Assembly: GCA_035470605.1 (NCBI GenBank)
Contig: DATIQS010000227.1
Coordinates: 1 to 28,905 of the forward strand
Direction of reading: 5' to 3'
Length of the DNA stretch: 28,905 nucleotides
From: Fibrobacteraceae bacterium
Lineage (GTDB): Bacteria; Fibrobacterota; Fibrobacteria; Fibrobacterales; Fibrobacteraceae
Position 1 is the stretch's first letter. Each line of letters begins with the position of its first letter. Position numbers and translations under genes: made by a program. Of this stretch, positions 16,304-23,714 are shown piece by piece. The notes beneath the pieces were generated by a model. It searched no databases. It was not told the origin of the DNA and was given only the letters and a program-made list of their open reading frames with translations.

Positions 16304-16488
16304 AGGGCAACTGTAAATTCAAAGCCGGCAGTCAAACGCAATTTTCCCATCGCTGGAAAACGTTGGATATCTTTACAGGTCCGCTGCATGGCCTCCAAGT
16401 CCAATATTTCATCCTCTGGATTTAACTGGCGCAGCAAATCCATAATGCGCGGGATGTCATCACAATTGGCTTTGCGGAATTGAAACAT
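16300..16488 (-). pseudogene. Truncated GNAT-family acetyltransferase remnant (62 aa)
   Basis: GGGAGG RBS 8 nt before the ATG. MFQFRKANCDDIPRIMDLLRQLNPED resembles a GNAT N-terminus. A DGKIA strand continues in another frame. No acetyl-CoA motif A is present before the convergent xseA stop. Confidence 0.5.
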
Positions 16489-17008
16489 GGGAATTTCCTC
16501 CCACTGACCAAGGGCAAACAACCTGAAGAGCCTTATCCGTATCGACCTGGACCGCCACACTGTCGATGATGAGATTTTCTCCCATGGGACAATTATCAGT
16601 TTTCCGCCGGGTAAACAACCCAATCAACCCCGTAGGTCTCTCATACCGATACTCAATCCAAAGCGAGTCTCCGTGGGCTCGACTCTGGAACTGCTGCTGG
16701 ATTTGCACGGGCGTATGTGGTGCATGGCAATGCTGGTCAATTAGCGATATTTGAAGGAGGATGGTATCCCCAAGCCCTGCAGCAAAAGATACCGAATACT
16801 TGAGGCCTCGTCCCAACTTCTCTTCCAAATATTCCCGAGAGTATGCCGTGCCGGGATTAACGACCAGCGTAAGAGCGTCCCGCTTTGAAAAAAGGAGTTC
16901 CTGATCCGAATTTTTGTCTTCCACGAATGCAGAACCGCCGTTGCCCGAGCAGGAAAGAAAAAGGAAACAAGGAATCAAAAAAAGCCACGAACCGTCACGC
17001 GAAATCAT
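16460..17008 (-). CDS. Hypothetical lipoprotein
   Basis: Lipobox-like FLFLSC followed by SGNGGS. ATGA overlap with the methyltransferase stop. Confidence 0.7.
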   Translation of the reverse strand: MISRDGSWLFLIPCFLFLSCSGNGGSAFVEDKNSDQELLFSKRDALTLVVNPGTAYSREYLEEKLGRGLKYSVSFAAGLGDTILLQISLIDQHCHAPHTPVQIQQQFQSRAHGDSLWIEYRYERPTGLIGLFTRRKTDNCPMGENLIIDSVAVQVDTDKALQVVCPWSVGGNSHVSIPQSQL

Positions 17009-17610
17009 TGGGGACGGACCCCCTGGATCAAGAACATGGGGTATGCCCGGCCAACATTTTTCCCTTTGTCCACAAAAGCCGTCGTCGCCTGGATCGCGGT
17101 AAGCCCACAGGAGCGGTAGATGGACATAATCTCCGAGCGATCAAAACCGTTGTGCGGGACCAATGTATCGCCATGGAAAGAACCATCCTCGTTATCCAAG
17201 TCGCAAAAAGCAAGAACGCCTCCTGGCGTGAGCAACGGTGTCAAGTCACGAATTGCTTGTTCATGATCCTCCACGTGATGCAGGGCTAAAAGAGAGACGA
17301 TGAGGTCGTACTCTCCATCGGGTTCCTGGGAGGACAAATTGAGGGCCTGGATGTTATGCACCCCCATTTTGTCCGCTTTGTGAATGACCTGTTCCAACAT
17401 TCCCTGCGACGTGTCCGCAAAGACCACCTCGCGAGCCTTGTCCACAAAATGGAATCCCAGTAATCCCGTGCCACACCCAAAATCCATCATTCGAAAATGG
17501 GGTTGAACAGGGATGCGGGCAAGAATCTTTTGTGCAATGATTCTGGCGCGATCCACTCGGTACGCTTTTGCGTCCCAGTTGGCGGCATTCTGGTCAAATT
17601 GGTTTTGCAT
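17005..17610 (-). CDS. Class I SAM-dependent methyltransferase
   Basis: MDFGCGTG motif I, ADTSQGML, YDLIVSLLALHH and LTPGG. An alternative in-frame start at 17649 overlaps the DJ-1 stop. Confidence 0.9.
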   Translation of the reverse strand: MQNQFDQNAANWDAKAYRVDRARIIAQKILARIPVQPHFRMMDFGCGTGLLGFHFVDKAREVVFADTSQGMLEQVIHKADKMGVHNIQALNLSSQEPDGEYDLIVSLLALHHVEDHEQAIRDLTPLLTPGGVLAFCDLDNEDGSFHGDTLVPHNGFDRSEIMSIYRSCGLTAIQATTAFVDKGKNVGRAYPMFLIQGVRPQ

Positions 17611-17645
17611 GGTTGTTCTCTGCCGATTTTGTTGTGACTGAAAAT

Positions 17646-18278
17646 TCAAGAACAGGCTTCTACTTTAGCGAGCAGTGAATCCCGAATCTGGGCTGGAGCT
17701 TTCTGGGGGGACCCCGCCTGATAAGGAGGCTGTGGATCATACTCAATGGCAAGCTGAATCGTCTGCGCAACGGTATCTCCGCAAAGCAATCCGGCAAGAG
17801 AAAGAGCCATGTCAATCCCTGCGGATACCCCGGCAGCGGTGATGAGTTTCCCATCGCGAACTACCCGATCCTGCACAGGCTGGGCACCCAAACCACGTAA
17901 TTTTTCTAAAGCCATCCAGTGGGAGGTGGCGCGCTTCCCCTGCAGGAGTCCAGCCTTGCCCAACAAGAGAGAGCCCGTACATACTGCAGTGGTCCACTGG
18001 GTAATTTCATGAACTTTCGCAATCCAGTCCAGTAGGTTCTGATCTTCCATCAATTTGGAAATTCCGGGCCCCCCTGGAACGACAAGGACATCGGGATGAG
18101 GAAAAGCATCCCTCGCATTTTGCGGTAGAAGGGCTGTGGTACTTCCATTCAACGTAATGGGGCCAGGAAAGGCGGACACCAAATGCACCTTGGCTCCAGG
18201 CAAAAATTTCAGCACGTCGAACGGTCCAATGGCATCCAACGCGGTCATCTGATCGAACACGAGAATGGCGATTTCCAT
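17646..18278 (-). CDS. DJ-1/PfpI family protein (isonitrile hydratase InhA-like)
   Basis: LDAIGP, DVLVVPGG, TAVCTGS (nucleophilic Cys), GKRATSHW, TAAGVSAGIDMAL and IEYDPQPP. Confidence 0.93.
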   Translation of the reverse strand: MEIAILVFDQMTALDAIGPFDVLKFLPGAKVHLVSAFPGPITLNGSTTALLPQNARDAFPHPDVLVVPGGPGISKLMEDQNLLDWIAKVHEITQWTTAVCTGSLLLGKAGLLQGKRATSHWMALEKLRGLGAQPVQDRVVRDGKLITAAGVSAGIDMALSLAGLLCGDTVAQTIQLAIEYDPQPPYQAGSPQKAPAQIRDSLLAKVEACS

Positions 18279-18399
18279 ACCATTTCACAAAATAGGAAAA
18301 CTGTTTTCGAGTCGGATGAATCCGCGCACATCGCCCCTGTTTCCCCAGGGTATGTTTTCATATTATTTTCCCAGGTTTTCCTCCATCCAAGGGTCTCGA

Positions 18400-20109
18400 A
18401 TGAATCACAAACTGATTTTGTCCAGCATCATAACCTTGGCCGCATGGGCCACAGCACAAAATCTCACAAGCCTGGGAAACGACCCGGCCTACCCCCCCCA
18501 ACTGTACGTTGTCGGAGTAGGCTCGTCGCCCGTAAGCCAGGCGGATGCGGATAATCTGGCGGTAATGCAAATCCAGAAGCAAATCACCGTCACGGTGAAG
18601 GTCAATCAGGAAAGCGGCATGGCCTCCAAACGCAAAGGGAACCAAGAAGAGGTCCAACGCTGGCTGGACTCACGCACGACCATGAATTCACGGGGAGATC
18701 TACAGGGAGCAGACATCGTCAAACGCTTCCAGAAGGACAAAAATTTCATCGCCGTGGCCGCCCTCAGCAAAAGCAAATTTGCAGCCCAAAAGCGCCTGAA
18801 CATGAGCGAGGCGGCAAAGGCCATTACCACACTGGCGAGCCAGGCCAAAACCGATGCCGAGGCGAATAAGCTGGCCGACGCCCTAAGCGTCCGCTCTCGA
18901 ATTGAGGAACGCGTCCGCGACTTTGAGTCGGAACGCCTATTGCTTTCCGCAGTGGAGACATTGCTCCCTGGAGATACGGTCCCGGTGAACCTGGACCAAT
19001 TGAATAAGATTTTTAACACCGCCTTAAAAAAGCTTGCGATCACTCCAACTGCCGGAGCCGATCAAACCCTCACCGACCCGGCACAGAGCCTGCAACCCTG
19101 GGTGGTCCAGGTGACAGCCGCCGATGTTCCAATCGCTGAGATGCCACTAAAACTCGTTTCTCCAGACCGCAAGGTCGTTCGCACTGCGATTACCGATGTC
19201 CAAGGACAAGCGACCTTCTTCCCGGATTCCTATGTGCCGCGTGGCGCTGGAGAACAATTCTGGAAGGTCATGGCGGATTTGCAGGTGACTCGCGCTCAGA
19301 TGGACATCGTGGAACGGAAACGCGCCGAATTCCATGTCACGATCACTCCACAGGAATGCCGCGTTAACATCCAAACCACTGGGGTAAAATCAGCCGCAGC
19401 CCGGACAGAAATTGGAAATACACTAGCGAACTATGGATTCAAAAATGACCCTTCAGCCAAAAAGACACTAGTCGCATCCGTCACCACCCAACAAAAGGGA
19501 TTCAGTCAGGGACTTTCCGATCAAAGCAGTTTTGCCATGTTGGAGGTTTCTCTCGCACTGGATGTTCAGAACGCCGCGGGCCGCAGTCTTCAATCGGCCC
19601 TAGCGAAGGCCGTCGGAACAGGCAATGTGGATGCCGCCACTGTATCAGCCATCAAAAAGATGCAAATCGGTCCAGATGCGAGCCTCCTTTCAAAGGCGGC
19701 CTGTGGTGACGGAAGCCCAGCCAAGCCTCTCCCTACGCTAGCGGTTCTGCCTTTCAAAACGCCCCGCTTCTGGTATAGCGACCAAGCCAAAGCGGAAATG
19801 CTGGCGGACATGGTTGCCGGAGCAATTCACCGCACAGAATCCTATCAAATCGTCGAACGAACCCGCCTTAATGAAATCGTAAAAGAGCAATCCACGGGTC
19901 AACAAGGACTCATCGCCGATCCCGTGGAAGTAGGCCAATTACTGGGGGCTCAATTTGTACTCATGGGCACTCTCGTGGGAAACAATTGGGGAAACGTCAA
20001 GGTGGAAGGTCGGATCGTGGACACAAAAACAGGCACGATGGCCAAAGCATTCTCCGCCTCAGGCAGCCTTGAATCCATTGCGGATCAAATTGCGAAACAG
20101 GCCCTATAA
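18400..20109 (+). CDS. Secreted protein with an LPP20-like N-domain and a CsgG/TolB_N-like C-domain, 569 aa
   Basis: Signal peptide MNHKLILSSIITLAAWATA. YVVGVGSS...ADNLAVMQIQKQI is LPP20-like. LAVLPF...IVERTRLNEIVKEQ...VGQLLGAQFVLMGT is CsgG/FlgO-like. The earlier ATGs would overlap the divergent DJ-1 gene. Confidence 0.8.
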   Translation: MNHKLILSSIITLAAWATAQNLTSLGNDPAYPPQLYVVGVGSSPVSQADADNLAVMQIQKQITVTVKVNQESGMASKRKGNQEEVQRWLDSRTTMNSRGDLQGADIVKRFQKDKNFIAVAALSKSKFAAQKRLNMSEAAKAITTLASQAKTDAEANKLADALSVRSRIEERVRDFESERLLLSAVETLLPGDTVPVNLDQLNKIFNTALKKLAITPTAGADQTLTDPAQSLQPWVVQVTAADVPIAEMPLKLVSPDRKVVRTAITDVQGQATFFPDSYVPRGAGEQFWKVMADLQVTRAQMDIVERKRAEFHVTITPQECRVNIQTTGVKSAAARTEIGNTLANYGFKNDPSAKKTLVASVTTQQKGFSQGLSDQSSFAMLEVSLALDVQNAAGRSLQSALAKAVGTGNVDAATVSAIKKMQIGPDASLLSKAACGDGSPAKPLPTLAVLPFKTPRFWYSDQAKAEMLADMVAGAIHRTESYQIVERTRLNEIVKEQSTGQQGLIADPVEVGQLLGAQFVLMGTLVGNNWGNVKVEGRIVDTKTGTMAKAFSASGSLESIADQIAKQAL

Positions 20110-20118
20110 CGCAGGCCC

Positions 20119-20140
20119 ATAATAGGGGCGAAACAGCCCC
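20119..20140 (-). terminator. Intrinsic terminator-like hairpin oriented for a minus-strand transcript
   Basis: GGGGC-TGTTTC-GCCCC is followed by TATTAT on the minus strand. On the plus strand the tail is TCCC, not U-rich. Confidence 0.5.
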
Positions 20141-20148
20141 TCCCAAGC

Positions 20149-20329
20149 GAACGGCATAGGCTGACTAACGGCATCACGGGGGCATAAACCCAACGATAGC
20201 TAGCACCTTAAAGGAGGGAGTACAGGATGATCAGCCAATTCAGCTTTAGCTGCTCCTGGCATTTATACTCTGTATGTACAACTCGGGTTCTAGGTTTAAG
20301 CTAGCATCACCATAATATGGAAAGCGTCC
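20149..20329 (-). ncRNA. Candidate 6S-like RNA (~181 nt), copy A
   Basis: Rod-like fold that works only on the minus strand because of G-U pairs: GGACG/CGUUC, AUGGUGAUGC/GUGAUGCCGU, GAACCC/GGGUUU, a central bubble containing CAUAC, then GAGUA/UACUC, CAGGA/UCCUG and CAGCUAA/UUGGCUG. A terminator lies downstream. Confidence 0.55.
20228..20294 (-). repeat. Dispersed repeat core, copy A (homologous to 7908-7975)
   Basis: 53/68 identical columns with copy B. Extra shared blocks are TTTATGCC (20188-81 versus 8033-40) and GTCAGC-N3-TGCCGTT (20165-50 versus 8080-95). Confidence 0.9.
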
Positions 20330-20345
20330 TCAAAACGCCATAGAA

Positions 20346-20373
20346 TTGACCGCCGTTTTTCCTTTTCTATATT
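20346..20373 (+). promoter_or_regulatory. sigma70-type promoter for tRNA-Val-thrS-infC-rpmI-rplT
   Basis: TTGACC-N16-TATATT, followed by a GC-rich discriminator (CGCCGCC) 13 nt before the tRNA. Confidence 0.65.
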
Positions 20374-20386
20374 TCGCCGCCAGCCC

Positions 20387-20460
20387 GGACGATTAGCTCA
20401 GTTGGTTAGAGCACTACCTTGACATGGTAGGGGTCACAAGTTCAAATCTTGTATCGTCCA
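20387..20460 (+). tRNA. tRNA-Val (anticodon GAC), CCA not encoded
   Basis: Acceptor GGACGAT/ATCGTCC, D arm GCTC/GAGC, anticodon arm CTACC-TTGACAT-GGTAG, T arm ACAAG-TTCAAAT-CTTGT, discriminator A followed by TCA. Confidence 0.98.
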
Positions 20461-20510
20461 TCACCCCCCTTACATTCCCGTACCCAATCCCGGGCCGAAG
20501 AGGTGTCCTT

Positions 20511-22436
20511 ATGCAAGAAATTGAGTTGATCCTTCCAGATAAATCTGTACGCAAAATCCCTGCCGGAACGACGGGCCAGCAGGTGGCGGAGTCGATTTCC
20601 CAAAGCCTGGCACGCAAAGCTCTAGCGATAAAAATCGGCGGCAAAATTTTGGACCTAAGCCAGCCCCTAACTACTGGCGGAGATTTCCGTATCATCACCC
20701 CATCCAATGATGACCCAGACGCCCTTTACGTACTACGCCATTCCTGTGCTCATGTGCTTGCCGAAGCCGTTTGCGATCTGTACCCAGGCACCCGCCTTGC
20801 ATACGGCCCTCCGGTAGATGAAGGTTTCTATTACGATCTTGCCTCTCCAAAGCCCTTAAGCGATGACGATTTTCCAGCCATTGAAAAACGCATGGCAGAA
20901 ATCATCAAGGAAGATCGCCCGTTTACCCGTTGCGAAGTTCCCGTAGAAGAGGCAATGCGACGCACAGAGGGCGACAAATACAAGCGTGACAACGCCGAAC
21001 GAGCCGTCGCACGCGGCGATAAAATCATTAGTTTCTACGCAAACGGTGAACCCGGTAAAAATTGGGAAGACCTTTGCGCTGGGCCCCATGTTCCGAGTAC
21101 CGGGCGCCTCAAAGCCTTCAAAATTCTTTCCTTGGCCGGCGCTTACTGGCATGGAGATCAGAACTCCGACCAACTAACCCGCATCTACGGAGTCTGCTTC
21201 GCGGATAAAGAGGGTCTACAGAAACACCTGACCTTCCTAGAAGAGGCAAAAAAGCGCGACCATCGCCGATTAGGAAAGGATCTCGATCTTTTCCATCTCG
21301 AGGACCACAGCCCCGGTATGGTGTTCTGGCATCCCAAAGGCGCCTTTCTATACAATGCGTTACGCAACCATGTTCGCAAGGTGATTTTAGCCCGTGGATA
21401 TCAAGAGGTCATTACCCCAGAAATTGTGGATAAATCGTTGTGGATTCGTTCGGGACACGCCGACAAGTACAACGAAAACATGTTCAAAACCATGGCGGGC
21501 GATAAGGAGATGGCAGTCAAACCAATGAACTGCCCCTGCCACATCGAAATTTTCAATCAAGGTCTCAAGAGCTGGCGTGACCTGCCCCTACGCCTCGCCG
21601 AATTTGGGAAATGTCACCGCAACGAACTCGCCGGCACCATGCATGGCCTAATGCGCGTGCGCGGTTTTGTGCAGGACGACGCCCACATATTCTGCACCGA
21701 AGAACAAATCGCTCCAGAAGTACGCGACTTTTGCGTCCTAGTCAAAGACCTCTACGCCGACTTTGGCTTCCAGGTCGCTAAAGTCAAATTTTCCACACGC
21801 CCAGAAAAACGCATCGGTTCCGACGACCTCTGGGACAAGGCTGAAGCGGCTCTTGCAGAGGCAACCAAGCTGGCAGGGTTGGATGCCGAGCTAAATCCTG
21901 GCGAAGGCGCCTTTTACGGCCCCAAACTTGAATTCGTACTCAAGGACTGCCTAGGCCGCGACTGGCAATGCGGAACCATCCAGGTGGACTTCAACCTTCC
22001 TGTGCGCCTGGGTGCGACCTACGTGGGCCAGGACAACCAAAAGCACCATCCGGTCATGTTGCATCGAGCGGCTCTAGGCTCCATCGAGCGTTTCTGCGGC
22101 ATCCTGATCGAAGAATATGCCGGCGATTTTCCCCTATGGCTCGCCCCGACCCAGGTCCGCGTCCTCCCGATTTCCGAAAAATTCCAGGACTACGCCCTCC
22201 AAGTCCTTAGCAAGTTGATTGCCGCTGAAATCCGCGCCGAGGTGGACAACAGCAACGAAAAAATTGGATATAAGATCCGTCAAGGGGAACAACAGAAGAT
22301 TCCATACTTACTGGTGGTTGGAGAAAAGGAAACCCTGGGCAACCTCGTTTCTGTCCGAAAAAGAAAAGAAGGGGATCAAGGCCAGCAGTCCTTGGACGAT
22401 TTCGTAAAAGTTTTTAAATTAGGCCTCCCCAATTAA
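20511..22436 (+). CDS. thrS: Threonine--tRNA ligase, 641 aa
   Basis: TGS domain, editing domain (RHSCAH, DLCAGPH), KPMNCP, RVRGFVQDDAH, GEGAFYGPK, MLHRA and the anticodon-binding domain. GAGGTG RBS. The longer ORF call runs through the tRNA and is rejected. Confidence 0.98.
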   Translation: MQEIELILPDKSVRKIPAGTTGQQVAESISQSLARKALAIKIGGKILDLSQPLTTGGDFRIITPSNDDPDALYVLRHSCAHVLAEAVCDLYPGTRLAYGPPVDEGFYYDLASPKPLSDDDFPAIEKRMAEIIKEDRPFTRCEVPVEEAMRRTEGDKYKRDNAERAVARGDKIISFYANGEPGKNWEDLCAGPHVPSTGRLKAFKILSLAGAYWHGDQNSDQLTRIYGVCFADKEGLQKHLTFLEEAKKRDHRRLGKDLDLFHLEDHSPGMVFWHPKGAFLYNALRNHVRKVILARGYQEVITPEIVDKSLWIRSGHADKYNENMFKTMAGDKEMAVKPMNCPCHIEIFNQGLKSWRDLPLRLAEFGKCHRNELAGTMHGLMRVRGFVQDDAHIFCTEEQIAPEVRDFCVLVKDLYADFGFQVAKVKFSTRPEKRIGSDDLWDKAEAALAEATKLAGLDAELNPGEGAFYGPKLEFVLKDCLGRDWQCGTIQVDFNLPVRLGATYVGQDNQKHHPVMLHRAALGSIERFCGILIEEYAGDFPLWLAPTQVRVLPISEKFQDYALQVLSKLIAAEIRAEVDNSNEKIGYKIRQGEQQKIPYLLVVGEKETLGNLVSVRKRKEGDQGQQSLDDFVKVFKLGLPN

Positions 22437-22462
22437 CACCGGAAATAACCGGAGGATTTCGT

Positions 22463-23065
22463 TTGTTGCATAGTCCCAAAGGTAGAGTCATGCCAAACCG
22501 CCCATCGGACGGTACCCGTATTAATGAAATGATTCGCATCCCCGAGGTGCTAGTCATTGGCGCAGACGGCTCCCAAGTCGGGGTGGTGGATACCCGTCGA
22601 GCCATGCAAATAGCCAAAGATGTCGGATTGGATTTAGTTGAAGTCTCTCCCATGGCGAAGCCTCCGGTCTGCCGGATCATGGACTATGGGAAATATCGTT
22701 TTGAGCAAGCAAAAAAAACCAAAGCGGCAAAACAGAAGCAACATATTGTAAAGATCAAGGAAATTAAATTCCACCCCAAAACAGCCACCAACGACTACAA
22801 TTATCGAGTCAAACAAGCTCGTGAGTTCCTGGAAGGGGGAATGAAGGTTCGCCTTCTGGTCCAATTCCGCGGCCGCGAAATGGCTCATACGGAATATGGA
22901 AAACGCTTGTTGGACCAAGCCAAGCTGGATTTGTTGGAAGTCGGAGATATAGAAATGGAGTCCCGGGTGGAGGGCAACACCATGTCCACAATTTTCAATC
23001 CGCGCAAAACTCCACCGAAAAAGCATGAAACCGGGGTGGAATCCGAACCCACCGCAGCATCCTAA
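22463..23065 (+). CDS. infC: Translation initiation factor IF-3
   Basis: [16 protein letters not shown]...[20 protein letters not shown] and QFRGRE. GGAGG at 22451-55 lies 7 nt before TTG 22463; the in-frame ATG at 22490 lacks a comparable RBS. Confidence 0.97.
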   Translation: MLHSPKGRVMPNRPSDGTRINEMIRIPEVLVIGADGSQVGVVDTRRAMQIAKDVGLDLVEVSPMAKPPVCRIMDYGKYRFEQAKKTKAAKQKQHIVKIKEIKFHPKTATNDYNYRVKQAREFLEGGMKVRLLVQFRGREMAHTEYGKRLLDQAKLDLLEVGDIEMESRVEGNTMSTIFNPRKTPPKKHETGVESEPTAAS

Positions 23066-23084
23066 GTTTAACGAGGTAACCTAT

Positions 23085-23282
23085 ATGCCGAAGATGAAAA
23101 CCCATAGTGGCGCCAAGAAGCGCTTCCGTGTGACGGGTTCTGGACAGATCAAGTTCAAACGTTCTGGAATGCGTCATATCCTGGCCAAAATGTCCACCAA
23201 GCGTAAGCGTAATCTGCGCAAAGGTGGAGTAATCAAGAAAACTGAAGAATACCGGGTCAAGCGAATGCTTGTCTTGGCTTGA
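23085..23282 (+). CDS. rpmI: 50S ribosomal protein L35
   Basis: [27 protein letters not shown]. Canonical position. Confidence 0.98.
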   Translation: MPKMKTHSGAKKRFRVTGSGQIKFKRSGMRHILAKMSTKRKRNLRKGGVIKKTEEYRVKRMLVLA

Positions 23283-23296
23283 AAGGAGATTAAGAC

Positions 23297-23650
23297 ATGC
23301 CACGCGCAAAAAATCGGGTTGCATCCCACGAACGTCGCAAGAAAATATTCAAGGCTGCAAAGGGTTATTATGGACGTCGCAAAAGCAATCTGCGTCTTGC
23401 CATTGATGCGGTATCCCATGCAGGTCAATACGCTTATGAACACCGCCGCGACAAAAAAGGTGATTTTCGTTCCCTCTGGATCACGCGCTTGAATGGCGCA
23501 GTGAGAGAACATGAGTTGAGCTATTCTGCCTTTATCCATTTGTTGGACAAAGCACAGATTAAGCTGAATCGAAAGATTCTGGCGGATTTGGCTGTAACCG
23601 ACGCGCCTGCGTTTGCCGCAGTCGTCACCAAGGCCAAAGCAGCCGCTTAA
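23297..23650 (+). CDS. rplT: 50S ribosomal protein L20
   Basis: MPRAK...AKGYYGRR...YAYEHRRDKKGDFRSLWITRLN...LNRKILADLA. AAGGAG RBS. Confidence 0.98.
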   Translation: MPRAKNRVASHERRKKIFKAAKGYYGRRKSNLRLAIDAVSHAGQYAYEHRRDKKGDFRSLWITRLNGAVREHELSYSAFIHLLDKAQIKLNRKILADLAVTDAPAFAAVVTKAKAAA

Positions 23651-23669
23651 TTTCTGATCAAATTTTCTG

Positions 23670-23700
23670 GGCCGCATCTTTACATAGATGCGGCCGTTTT
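23670..23700 (+). terminator. Intrinsic terminator of the thrS-infC-rpmI-rplT operon
   Basis: Perfect 10-bp stem GGCCGCATCT-TTACAT-AGATGCGGCC followed by GTTTT. Confidence 0.75.
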
Positions 23701-23708
23701 GGTATAGT
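23679..23708 (+). promoter_or_regulatory. Promoter for the histidine kinase, embedded in the terminator; predicts a leaderless mRNA
   Basis: TTTACA(23679-84)-N18-TATAGT(23703-08) with TG extension. The ATG at 23715 is 7 nt after the -10 and has no SD. Confidence 0.55.
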
Positions 23709-23714
23709 ATCTCC

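Noticed and set aside
15628-16425. 265-aa alternative-frame ORF overlapping xseA
   Set aside because: Pro/Arg/Ser-rich off-frame composition, mostly inside xseA, and no evidence of a programmed frameshift.
20424-20510. N-terminal extension of thrS in the ORF track
   Set aside because: It overlaps the tRNA-Val gene. ATG 20511 has a good RBS and begins the TGS domain.
20461-20510. tRNA-Thr-mimic operator or integration (att) site after the tRNA
   Set aside because: No anticodon-like stem-loop next to the SD, no duplicated tRNA 3' end and no integrase in the window.
23688-23714. Earlier ATG for the histidine kinase
   Set aside because: It lies inside the terminator stem and upstream of the predicted -10 element.
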